Virus record (IMG/VR): IMGVR_UViG_3300045988_169357
Location: 1-36,262 of that record
Reading direction: 5' to 3' (one strand)
Length of the DNA stretch: 36,262 nucleotides
Source of the DNA: a virus
Positions 24,650 through 32,040 of the stretch are shown here, piece after piece (position 1 is the first letter of the stretch; the number at the start of each line of letters is the position of its first letter). A program made the position numbers and the translations under genes. The notes beneath the pieces were generated by a model. It was given only the letters and a program-made list of their open reading frames with translations. It ran no database searches and was not told the DNA's origin.

Positions 24650-24769
24650 TTATTTTCTTTTAAATTGTTTTATCATTACATCTATTATTGTAACAAAAAT
24701 AAAAAGAGTAAATGCTATTGCTAATGCTCCTAAACAACTTAATATTATTCCCAGAAATATATTCCACAT
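24650..24769 (-). CDS. Small single-pass membrane protein (39 aa), absent from the ORF track
   Basis: Translates MWNIFLGIILSCLGALAIAFTLFIFVTIIDVMIKQFKRK. It fills the gap between flanking genes. Confidence 0.4.
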   Translation of the reverse strand: MWNIFLGIILSCLGALAIAFTLFIFVTIIDVMIKQFKRK

Positions 24770-24773
24770 TATC

Positions 24774-25052
24774 TTACACTTCCTTTCCTGTTACCACATC
24801 TACTATTTTTATTGTTACATCTGCTTCCCAGATATAATAACTTCCTATTTTTGATAATTTCTCATTTTGATTTTCTAATATTACTTTTCTCTGCTCTAAA
24901 TTTAATTTTTTGCTTATTTCTTTTTGACTTTCTATTGTGTTATTACATGTATAACCTTTTTTATTTAATACCTTTATTACTAGTTCATTTTTTTCTTTAG
25001 AAATTTTCTGTATAAGATTCTTTTCCTTCTTTGATTTTACTTTTAGATACAT
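24774..25052 (-). CDS. Hypothetical protein
   Basis: ORF in operon context only. Confidence 0.5.
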   Translation of the reverse strand: MYLKVKSKKEKNLIQKISKEKNELVIKVLNKKGYTCNNTIESQKEISKKLNLEQRKVILENQNEKLSKIGSYYIWEADVTIKIVDVVTGKEV

Positions 25053-25270
25053 AATATATTACCTCCTCGCAAACATTCGTTCTTTATTAAGTATGGGCAA
25101 TAAACTTTTTGTTCTTTTAGGCTCGTTATAATTAAAAAAGAACAATTTCTACAATTCGCAGGTAACTGTTCTTTTATATTATTTAATTTTTCTCTATGCT
25201 CTGCTTTTTCTTGTGCTGTGTATTGTTCTGTTATTAATTTATCGTTGTAGATTAGTTTTCTTGCACACAT
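25043..25270 (-). CDS. Small Cys-rich hypothetical protein
   Basis: SD GAGGGAG. Contains CRNC..17 aa..CPYLIKNEC. Confidence 0.5.
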   Translation of the reverse strand: MCARKLIYNDKLITEQYTAQEKAEHREKLNNIKEQLPANCRNCSFLIITSLKEQKVYCPYLIKNECLRGGNILCI

Positions 25271-25283
25271 AATAAATCTCCCT

Positions 25284-25457
25284 CTACCACTCTGTTAATT
25301 TTGGCCTTTTTTTAAACTTTGTTTTATCTTTTATGTAATTACAACATTTTACAGATAAATCTACAGTTATATGTATATTGCAATCATTTTCATTTTTATT
25401 TGCACAATATTTACATATTTCTGTTTTATATTTTTTAAAAAGATTTTGTTTATTCAT
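25284..25457 (-). CDS. Small Cys-rich protein (57 aa), absent from the ORF track
   Basis: ATG at 25457 after GTGAGGGAT. Translates MNKQNLFKKYKTEICKYCANKNENDCNIHITVDLSVKCCNYIKDKTKFKKRPKLTEW. Confidence 0.45.
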   Translation of the reverse strand: MNKQNLFKKYKTEICKYCANKNENDCNIHITVDLSVKCCNYIKDKTKFKKRPKLTEW

Positions 25458-25480
25458 AATTATCCCTCACTTTTATTTAC

Positions 25481-25520
25481 AAAAAAACCTTAATTGCTCT
25501 TGTAAAAGCAATTAAGGCCC
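25481..25520 (-). terminator. Strong intrinsic terminator between the late activator gene and the late genes
   Basis: The minus strand reads GGGCCTTAATTGC-ttttacaaga-GCAATTAAGG-TTTTTTT. Confidence 0.7.
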
Positions 25521-25633
25521 TTTAATAAAAAATATATTGGAAAAGAAAATTAATTATTTAACTTTTCTTTTTTGGACACACTTTTAAATCTATTGATATT
25601 ATAACTTGACACTCTCAAAATTTCCACAAAAAA

Positions 25634-25677
25634 CTATCAAATTTCTATCAAATTTCTATCAAATTTCTATCAAATTT
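25634..25677 (+). repeat. Four perfect tandem copies of the 11-bp unit CTATCAAATTT
   Basis: Units at 25634-44, 25645-55, 25656-66 and 25667-77. The array abuts and overlaps the stop codon of the RinA/ArpU-like gene. Confidence 0.9.
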
Positions 25678-26077
25678 ATTTTATATGTCCTAAAGCCCTT
25701 GCAAAACTTATTAATGCACTGTTTTGAAGTCTAAAATATGTAGCTTGTGGAATGTTTTGCTTACTGCATATATCTTCTACAGTATTACCTGGCAATAAAT
25801 ATCTTAATCTTATTATACTTTTCATGTCTCCTTGCAATCTTTCAAAGACTCTTTCTATTGCAAAAATTTTTTTCCTTACTTCTTCATCGTAAACCATTGT
25901 ATTTTCTATTACAGATTGTCTCCAATTGTTTTGTTGAGCTGTAAAATTTTCTTCCCAAAAGCCACCAATTGTGACCGGTTCTCCTCCTAAGCCTTCACAT
26001 TCTATTCTAACAATCCAATCTGGGTATTTTCTTAAATCCGCAATTGTATTTCTTTTTACTTCTTTACTTAACTTCAA
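25676..26077 (-). CDS. Late transcriptional activator, RinA/ArpU family (sigma-70 region-4-like)
   Basis: 133 aa at the early/late boundary. MKSIIRLRYLLPGNTVEDICSKQNIPQATYFRLQNSALISFARALG is a region-4-like HTH. Confidence 0.7.
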   Translation of the reverse strand: MKLSKEVKRNTIADLRKYPDWIVRIECEGLGGEPVTIGGFWEENFTAQQNNWRQSVIENTMVYDEEVRKKIFAIERVFERLQGDMKSIIRLRYLLPGNTVEDICSKQNIPQATYFRLQNSALISFARALGHIK

Positions 26078-26271
26078 TTATATGTACCTCCTAATTTTTT
26101 TAAAAATTTTGTTTGTTGTTGTATTAACTCATTTAGCGCATTTTCTAATATTTTATCTGGATTTCGTTTAACCCAATTCTCTATTGTATCTTTTATCCAG
26201 TTTCCTAATGCTATTCCTGTTTTGCCATTTATATATGGCTCTTTAATATTGTTAATTTCTTTCTGTTCCAT
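26074..26271 (-). CDS. Hypothetical protein
   Basis: ORF with a 4-nt overlap to the downstream gene. Confidence 0.5.
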   Translation of the reverse strand: MEQKEINNIKEPYINGKTGIALGNWIKDTIENWVKRNPDKILENALNELIQQQTKFLKKLGGTYN

Positions 26272-26308
26272 TTTTTCCTTATTCCCCTTTTTTACGGTCT
26301 ATTAATTT

Positions 26309-26731
26309 TTATAATCCTAATTCTTCTAATGTGTACGCTTTATTGATTTCCATATTTTTATACATTGTGTTCTTTTTAAAATTTGGCAAATTTATCTGAT
26401 AATCATTTTTAATGCAAATTATTATATATTCTTCTTTTTGATTATCTTCACTATTACAAATTTCATTCTTTCTAATTCCTTTAACTTTATGTTTAAATGG
26501 TTTAATTACATTGCTTAAATATTCTTTTTCTTCTGGGTCTAATATATCTTTTACTTCTTCTAAATCATGGACTGTAAACCAATTCCAATCATTCTCTTTT
26601 ATATATTCAATTCTATAACAAGCATTAGAAACTCCACTCGTACCAAAATCTTCACTTGTTATATTATTTATTCTCCCAATCTTCCCTGTTCTAATTATTT
26701 TTACTTTTTGCCCTAATTTAAATTTATTCAT
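26309..26731 (-). CDS. Hypothetical protein
   Basis: ORF in operon context only. Confidence 0.5.
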   Translation of the reverse strand: MNKFKLGQKVKIIRTGKIGRINNITSEDFGTSGVSNACYRIEYIKENDWNWFTVHDLEEVKDILDPEEKEYLSNVIKPFKHKVKGIRKNEICNSEDNQKEEYIIICIKNDYQINLPNFKKNTMYKNMEINKAYTLEELGL

Positions 26732-26733
26732 AC

Positions 26734-27084
26734 TTATTCCTCACTTTCTAAAATCTTTATAAAATTTCTAATTAAATTCCAATAATAATCTGCTCTATCA
26801 TTATCATTTTTTCTTTTTGCTTTTTCAAATTCATAATCGAATTTATCTATTTTATTTTCTATTTTATCTATTAAACCAAAATATTGTTTCTTATATGTTT
26901 CATTTTCTTTTAATACTCTTTTATAGTCTACTAAAATATTTTTTATAGCTTGTTGAATACTTTTATAATAAAAAAATCCCATTTTATAAGAGCCTTTATA
27001 ATTTTCTAATTTATCTTTTTGGAAATTACCTTCAATAAAATCATTCAATAAAACTATATCTTCACTTATATTATTTTCTTTCAC
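26734..27084 (-). CDS. Hypothetical protein
   Basis: ORF in operon context only. Confidence 0.5.
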   Translation of the reverse strand: MKENNISEDIVLLNDFIEGNFQKDKLENYKGSYKMGFFYYKSIQQAIKNILVDYKRVLKENETYKKQYFGLIDKIENKIDKFDYEFEKAKRKNDNDRADYYWNLIRNFIKILESEE

Positions 27085-27390
27085 TTAAAACACCTCATCT
27101 CTAAATAATTGCCAATATCCATTTACATACCCTACTTCTTTTGCGTTAAATACTTTACATATTGGCTTTATAGGTAATCTTTGTTTTCTTCTAGCATTAT
27201 ATATAGGTTTGCTTCCTTGTACCAACCAAATTTCTCCTGCATATAAATCTACAAGGAAATATTCTCCTATATATGGATTAAAGTCTTGTCCAAATTTATA
27301 TCTATATTTATGTGTATCAAACCACTCTCTTGTATAATTTATTGATTTGTATGTATTTATTACTTTTTCTGTCTCATCAGCTGTTTTCAT
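27085..27390 (-). CDS. Hypothetical protein
   Basis: The likely start is the ATG at 27390, after GAAAGGAGTG. The longer ORF reaching 27459 has no SD. Confidence 0.55.
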   Translation of the reverse strand: MKTADETEKVINTYKSINYTREWFDTHKYRYKFGQDFNPYIGEYFLVDLYAGEIWLVQGSKPIYNARRKQRLPIKPICKVFNAKEVGYVNGYWQLFRDEVF

Positions 27391-27709
27391 ATGTATCACT
27401 CCTTTCAAGCTTTTCTGCCTCACAATCTTCCATAGTAGCATAGTAAACATTATCATCAAATATAAGTCTTAATAAAATATCTAAATCATCGACTATTAAT
27501 CCTTTTCTATTGCCAATTACTTTTTTTCTTGTTTCTGTTGCCACTATAGGTTCTGGCATTTTCTCTTTTATTCCAATTTGGTAAGCTTTGTGCTCTATAT
27601 CTTTTTTATGTTTGTAATTAATGCAAACTATTGGCATTTGTTTTTCTACTGATAACTGGATTGCTTTCATTGTTTTTCCGTTTGCTTTACTTCCATAATA
27701 TATTTTCAT
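27377..27709 (-). CDS. Miniature P-loop NTPase-like protein (~110 aa)
   Basis: Walker A GSKANGKT and a Walker-B-like GLIVDDLD. The likely start is the ATG at 27709, after AGAGGGGG. Confidence 0.5.
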   Translation of the reverse strand: MKIYYGSKANGKTMKAIQLSVEKQMPIVCINYKHKKDIEHKAYQIGIKEKMPEPIVATETRKKVIGNRKGLIVDDLDILLRLIFDDNVYYATMEDCEAEKLERSDTYENS

Positions 27710-27728
27710 GTCTTGTTTTCCCCCTCTC

Positions 27729-27851
27729 TTATCCACCACAACTCATTTTTAAAACTACTATAGTGCCTATAAACCAACCAAATGCTGTTGCACTAAATGC
27801 TATTGCTAATAGTTTTATTATTAATTTTAATATTGTTTTAAAATCATTCAT
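27729..27851 (-). CDS. Small membrane protein (40 aa), absent from the ORF track
   Basis: SD AAGGAGGAA. Translates MNDFKTILKLIIKLLAIAFSATAFGWFIGTIVVLKMSCGG. Confidence 0.45.
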   Translation of the reverse strand: MNDFKTILKLIIKLLAIAFSATAFGWFIGTIVVLKMSCGG

Positions 27852-27905
27852 TTTTGTTTTATTCCTCCTTAATATGGTATTTCATCTAGCCATTCAATCC
27901 ACATT

Positions 27906-28121
27906 TTATCCATCTCCTTTAACAATTCTTAGTTCTCTGTTTATGTGTTCCGTAACTTCATAAATTGCACCATTAAAATCATTATCATATTCTGCTAATT
28001 CAGCTTTAGCATCTATATAACTTTTGAATTTATCTGCATTTATAATGCTTTGCTCATCTTGCCCATCCTTCATATAGCATAGATCTGTTAAATTTACTAT
28101 TACATAATATGTTTTATTCAT
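27906..28121 (-). CDS. Hypothetical protein
   Basis: ORF with a 4-nt overlap coupling it to its neighbour. Confidence 0.5.
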   Translation of the reverse strand: MNKTYYVIVNLTDLCYMKDGQDEQSIINADKFKSYIDAKAELAEYDNDFNGAIYEVTEHINRELRIVKGDG

Positions 28122-28321
28122 TCTTCTCCTCCTTCTTTACGTAGTAATTTATAATTAATTATTAATACTTTATTTAGGTTACATTCTTTTTTTATAAACT
28201 TTTCAAGTTCTCGCAATTCTTCAATACTTTTAATTTTTTTATTCCTAGCTACTTCTATACTTCCTGTTCCTTCATCGTATCCTCTTTTTTGAAAATATAC
28301 TATAAAATATATGTATTTCAT
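28118..28321 (-). CDS. Hypothetical protein
   Basis: ORF in operon context only. Confidence 0.5.
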   Translation of the reverse strand: MKYIYFIVYFQKRGYDEGTGSIEVARNKKIKSIEELRELEKFIKKECNLNKVLIINYKLLRKEGGEE

Positions 28322-28335
28322 TTAATCACTCCCTT

Positions 28336-28704
28336 TTAAATTTTTGTAATTTCTATAATCGTTTCTTCTCTGCCCTTTTCGTAAATTATTCTGCTTCCAT
28401 CCCAACTTTGGATTATGTTGTAATTATCATCTTGCAGTACTTTATATTTAACTAATATGTCTGCTATTGCATTCTCTAAATTTGTTAAATCTCTTTTACG
28501 TTTATTTGGAACATAGAAGGTACATTTTAAATTTACTGGATAAGTTATATTGTTTTTATATTTTGTTAAAAATTTGCCACACTCTCGTTCAAAATTTACA
28601 TATATTTCAGATTGTCCTATAAACAATTTTCCAGTTCTTTTATTTACTAAAATTCTCTGCGAATTTTTCTTGCTTCTGCACATAAGTGGTATTTTTATTA
28701 TCAT
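28336..28704 (-). CDS. rusA: RusA-family Holliday junction resolvase
   Basis: KRKRDLTNLENAIADILVKYKVLQDDNYNII fits the RusA acidic motif pattern. SD AAAGGAG. Confidence 0.75.
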   Translation of the reverse strand: MIIKIPLMCRSKKNSQRILVNKRTGKLFIGQSEIYVNFERECGKFLTKYKNNITYPVNLKCTFYVPNKRKRDLTNLENAIADILVKYKVLQDDNYNIIQSWDGSRIIYEKGREETIIEITKI

Positions 28705-28831
28705 TTTGCACTCCTTTTATATAATTTTCACATCTGTAATATCCTCTAAAGTTTATATCTTCTAATAAGTTGCATCCTAGGCAGGTTACACATTTACAAT
28801 CTGGTATTGTTTCGTACTTCTGTCTATCCAT
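28640..28831 (-). CDS. Small Cys-rich protein
   Basis: Contains CKCVTCLGC...RCENY. Its 3' end overlaps rusA by 65 nt. Confidence 0.45.
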   Translation of the reverse strand: MDRQKYETIPDCKCVTCLGCNLLEDINFRGYYRCENYIKGVQNDNKNTTYVQKQEKFAENFSK

Positions 28832-29112
28832 TAACTTGCTATCCTATATATTGCAACACTTTTGTTTGTTAAATTATCTGTTTTTTTACCTACTATAATT
28901 ACATATCTTTTAGTTAATAAATCCGTTAATCTAGGACTTGCATTATTCCTATCTGGTGTATTTGTGTAACCTGCTAAATACATCTCTTCTGCTATCTCTC
29001 TAGCTGTTCTTTCTATTCCATCTTTTAAGATTTCTAGTACTTGTGCCTCTCTCTCGGTTATATTTACTTTTATAAAACTTTCTCTTCTAGTTTCTCTTGT
29101 TATTTCATTCAT
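28831..29112 (-). CDS. Winged-helix (MarR-like) DNA-binding protein
   Basis: TEREAQVLEILKDGIERTAREIAEEM is a wHTH pattern. Confidence 0.55.
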   Translation of the reverse strand: MNEITRETRRESFIKVNITEREAQVLEILKDGIERTAREIAEEMYLAGYTNTPDRNNASPRLTDLLTKRYVIIVGKKTDNLTNKSVAIYRIAS

Positions 29113-29128
29113 TTGTTTTCACACTCCT

Positions 29129-29398
29129 TTAATTTGCATAAAATTTGTTAAAATCTATATTTTCATATTCTCTCTGGTCGTAGTCAGTAAATTGTTTTCT
29201 TTGCTCTGCTCCTCTTAACTGTGCAACATTTGGTATGTATGGATTTGTTTTTATATGTTCTTTTATGTTGCTTATATATGTGTTATAATTAATGTCTTTT
29301 AAATTTTCATAGTATAATTTTAATTTTGAAACTTCAAATTTTGTATTGTAATTTTGTTGTATTATATAAATACCCTGTTTAAATTCCTCTTTTGTCAT
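29129..29398 (-). CDS. G39P-like helicase loader
   Basis: It lies directly after the replisome organizer. FKQGIYIIQQNYNTKF...HIKTNPYIPNVAQL resembles the SPP1 G39P N-terminal domain. Confidence 0.5.
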   Translation of the reverse strand: MTKEEFKQGIYIIQQNYNTKFEVSKLKLYYENLKDINYNTYISNIKEHIKTNPYIPNVAQLRGAEQRKQFTDYDQREYENIDFNKFYAN

Positions 29399-30139
29399 TT
29401 AGAAATCCTCCACTTTATTTGTATCTTTTTTTACTTTTTTTAAATTGTCTTCTTTTACGGCATTTACAACCCATTTTTTTATACATAAGTAATGCGATTT
29501 TGCTTTATATCCTTTCATTTCAATGTACTCGTCAAGATATTTTATAAGTTCTTCCCAATTTTGATAGTCTTTCTGTAATTTCTGCAATTCTTCATCTTTC
29601 AGCAATACGTTATTATATTCCCCATATTTATGTTTGCTGGCTTTTGCAGATTCAGTTTCCGAAACAGGTATATTATTATTTATACTATCCTTACCTATAC
29701 TATCCTTACCTAACCTATCCTGTGTCGACGTCTCGTCGACGGGTGGTATACAAGTCGTATCAATCAGTTTATATGCCTTATTTTCATCTAATATCAGTGT
29801 CGATTTTTCATCTTTATATGCTGTTTCATTGTATGTATCTTTTCTAATATAGTTGTGGATTCTCCAGTGCTTTATAACAACAACACCACTTTCAAATGGT
29901 ATTATAAATTTTTTTAGTATTAAAACACTTAAATCATCATCGGATGCTCCTGTCATTCTTATTATTTTTTTAGGACTGTTTACAAATCCATCATCATCAG
30001 CTCGCATTGCTAAATCGTAATAAAGCAGTCTTGCAGATGTAGGCATATCTATAAAAGCATCACTATCTATTATTGTTTTTGCAAACATTCTTCTTTCTGC
30101 CACTTTTCTTTTGCTCCTTTCTGACAAAAGGGCAAGCAA
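29399..30139 (-). CDS. Phage replisome organizer (SPP1 G38P-like / DnaD-like); start uncertain (GTG at 30103 is plausible)
   Basis: FAKTIIDSDAFIDMPTSARLLYYDLAMRADDDGFVNSPKKI matches the Phage_rep_org_N pattern. The central linker repeat GKDSIGKDSI is encoded by the iterons. Confidence 0.75.
   Translation of the reverse strand: MLALLSERSKRKVAERRMFAKTIIDSDAFIDMPTSARLLYYDLAMRADDDGFVNSPKKIIRMTGASDDDLSVLILKKFIIPFESGVVVIKHWRIHNYIRKDTYNETAYKDEKSTLILDENKAYKLIDTTCIPPVDETSTQDRLGKDSIGKDSINNNIPVSETESAKASKHKYGEYNNVLLKDEELQKLQKDYQNWEELIKYLDEYIEMKGYKAKSHYLCIKKWVVNAVKEDNLKKVKKDTNKVEDF
29681..29740. repeat. Candidate origin of replication: iterons plus a GC-rich palindrome inside the organizer gene
   Basis: TATACTATCCTTACC occurs twice exactly (29681-95 and 29696-710), followed by the partial copy taacctatcc. 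Then comes GTCGACG-tct-CGTCGAC (29724-40). Confidence 0.55.
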
Positions 30140-30154
30140 TATATTGTGCTTACC

Positions 30155-30367
30155 CTAGTTGCCTAAATAATTTTTCCCAAATTCTTTTAAGAATTTTTCT
30201 TTACTGTACTTTTTTATAAACTCTTTTCTTGCAAGTTTGTGTAAAACTTGCCTTGTATTTTTATCTGAATCGGCTTTTTGATGACATTTTCTGCAAAGGT
30301 AATAAACTAAGCCATACTCGATACTTTTTTTTCTATTTGCGCCACCAAAAGCTTCGTGTTTGTCCAA
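30155..30367 (-). CDS. Zn-binding (CxxC...CxxCH) phage protein, C-terminal part of a frameshifted gene
   Basis: The open frame continues upstream as ..KSKKLAKLEKNRFSILQEENGSCFICNRQLKKLDKHEAFGGANRKKSIEYGLVYYLCRKCHQ. Confidence 0.6.
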   Translation of the reverse strand: MDKHEAFGGANRKKSIEYGLVYYLCRKCHQKADSDKNTRQVLHKLARKEFIKKYSKEKFLKEFGKNYLGN

Positions 30368-30428
30368 CTTTTTAAGCTGTCTATTACAAATAAAACAACT
30401 TCCGTTTTCTTCTTGTAAGATGCTAAAT

Positions 30429-30572
30429 CTATTCTTTTCTAGTTTTGCTAACTTCTTGCTTTTCTTTTTTATCTGTCCACTTTTTATCGAATTTTCTGTG
30501 TTCTTCTTTCCGCTTTTCTGTCTTATTTTTGGGTGCTGGATTAAAACTATTTCTTAAATCTGTTACTATCAT
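30429..30572 (-). CDS. N-terminal fragment of the same Zn-binding protein gene
   Basis: ATG at 30572 in an ATGA overlap with the upstream stop. The frame is lost around the A6 run (30465-30470). Confidence 0.5.
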   Translation of the reverse strand: MIVTDLRNSFNPAPKNKTEKRKEEHRKFDKKWTDKKEKQEVSKTRKE

Positions 30573-31111
30573 TTGTCCCACTCCTTTAGCAAACTATCTA
30601 TTTCACTTTGCGGTTTTGTCTCTATATTTAATGTTTTTGCCAATTCAACAATGCTTTCTATCAATAAACTCATTTCTTTAGTATCGTATGTAGAGCTACC
30701 ATAATAGCAATTTACTTTTACACATTTATCTTTCTTACTTACTTCTTGTACTAAAAAGCCTAATCCTTGTTTTTCCCATATTCTTTTAAAGTTCGCATAT
30801 GTTTTTTCTTGTATTATAAATGGTTCAAAGCTTCCTATTTGTAATATTGCATCTTTGTATACATCTTCTTTAGTTACAATTGTTCTATCTTTACACAGTT
30901 CTTTTGCAATTTTGTCGCATAGCACCCAACAATAAGAATTAGCGTCTAAACTTCTTTTTTGTCTCCACTTTTTTAGCTCAATAGTTAGTTTATTTTCGTT
31001 TTTTAGTTGTTCAACAATATCTTTGTTGTTTGTATCTACAAGAAGGCTTATTTTTAATTTTCGAGTGTTTATGTCTGTATCTGTTTTTAGTATTATTCCT
31101 GTTGTTTGCAT
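30569..31111 (-). CDS. NinB/putative-HNHc-like recombination-associated protein
   Basis: The RSLDANSYCWVLCDKIA motif resembles the RSLxQN motif of NinB-type proteins. It lies next to ssb. Confidence 0.45.
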   Translation of the reverse strand: MQTTGIILKTDTDINTRKLKISLLVDTNNKDIVEQLKNENKLTIELKKWRQKRSLDANSYCWVLCDKIAKELCKDRTIVTKEDVYKDAILQIGSFEPFIIQEKTYANFKRIWEKQGLGFLVQEVSKKDKCVKVNCYYGSSTYDTKEMSLLIESIVELAKTLNIETKPQSEIDSLLKEWDK

Positions 31112-31123
31112 ATTCTCATCTTC

Positions 31124-31516
31124 TTAGAATGGCAAATCATCTCCACTAAATGTCTCAAAATCTGAATTTTCAGTTTGTTCTGTACTTTCAGCACTTCCTT
31201 TTTTATCTCCTGCAAAATAAACCTCTTCTGCAATTATTTCAGTTGCATAATGTTTTTGCCCTTGGTCATCATCCCAATTTCTTGTTTGGATTCTTCCTAC
31301 TACTGCAACTTGTTGTCCTTTACTAAAATATTTTTTACAAAATTCTCCTGTTTTTGCAAAAGCTATAATATTTATAAAATCTGCTTGTTGTTGTCCTTCT
31401 TTTGCAAACCTTCTATTTACTGCTAAAGCAAAATTTGCTACTAATGTATTTGTTGTTTGTGTATATCTAACATCTACATCCTTTGTTAGTCTTCCTATTA
31501 AAATTACTTTATTGAT
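31124..31516 (-). CDS. ssb: Single-stranded DNA-binding protein, absent from the ORF track because it lacks an ATG/GTG/TTG start
   Basis: Translates (I/M)NKVILIGRLTKDVDVRYTQTTNTLVANFALAVNRRF..VVGRIQTRNWDDDQGQKHYATEIIAEEVYF...FSGDDLPF, an OB-fold pattern with the canonical acidic DDLPF tail. SD AAAGGAG lies 9 nt before the ATC at 31516. Confidence 0.85.
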   Translation of the reverse strand: MNKVILIGRLTKDVDVRYTQTTNTLVANFALAVNRRFAKEGQQQADFINIIAFAKTGEFCKKYFSKGQQVAVVGRIQTRNWDDDQGQKHYATEIIAEEVYFAGDKKGSAESTEQTENSDFETFSGDDLPF

Positions 31517-32040
31517 AAGTCATCACTCCTTTTTCTTTCTAACATGTGTAATCTTGCATGTTCTCTAAATGTCATTAATTGTAGATTTTCTATTCTATTA
31601 TCATTTCTTTTATGATTTTTATGATGTACAACTTCATCATCTTTCAGCCATCTTCCTATATTACACTCCATCACTAAAACATGTTCCATAATATATCCTT
31701 CAGAGTTACTTTTAGGGTGGTCTGGAAAGTATATGGCAACATAACCATCTGCTCTTGTTTTCTTATGTCCTATTCCCTTCTTTAAACACTTCATTCTTAT
31801 TTTTTCTTTAGTTTTATTGGTAAGTTTATACCCTTTTGAATGCTTCTTGCCTTTATTAGCATTACTAATTTGTTCTCTAGCTTTTTTACTCAGTGTTTTT
31901 CTTGTTTCAATATTATAAATTTTAAAGTATTTATATATTTTGCCGACCGACATGTCTAATTTTTTTGCTATGTCCCCAATTGAATATTCTTGTGCATACA
32001 AATCTAATAATTCCTGTTCTTTAGGAACTACTTTATTCAT
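31504..32040 (-). CDS. HNH endonuclease with an N-terminal HTH
   Basis: GYIMEHVLVME..VVHHKNHKRNDNRIENLQLMTFREHARLH is an HNH motif. The likely start is the ATG at 32040, after GAGGGAGGAG. Confidence 0.8.
   Translation of the reverse strand: MNKVVPKEQELLDLYAQEYSIGDIAKKLDMSVGKIYKYFKIYNIETRKTLSKKAREQISNANKGKKHSKGYKLTNKTKEKIRMKCLKKGIGHKKTRADGYVAIYFPDHPKSNSEGYIMEHVLVMECNIGRWLKDDEVVHHKNHKRNDNRIENLQLMTFREHARLHMLERKRSDDLSIK

Noticed and set aside
25634-25677. Possible CRISPR array or other spacer-repeat structure.
   Set aside because: The units are only 11 bp and directly abutting, with no spacers. No cas genes are present in the window.
27377-27459. The 83-nt overlap of ORFs 27085..27459 and 27377..27739 as another frameshift.
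   Set aside because: Both have internal ATG starts with strong SDs (27390 after GAAAGGAGTG, 27709 after AGAGGGGG). With those starts the overlap is an ordinary 14 nt.
28640-28704. The 65-nt overlap between the Cys-rich ORF and rusA as a programmed frameshift.
   Set aside because: rusA has its own strong SD and ATG at 28704 and a complete N-terminus. Nothing suggests a fusion product. I left it as an ordinary, if long, overlap.
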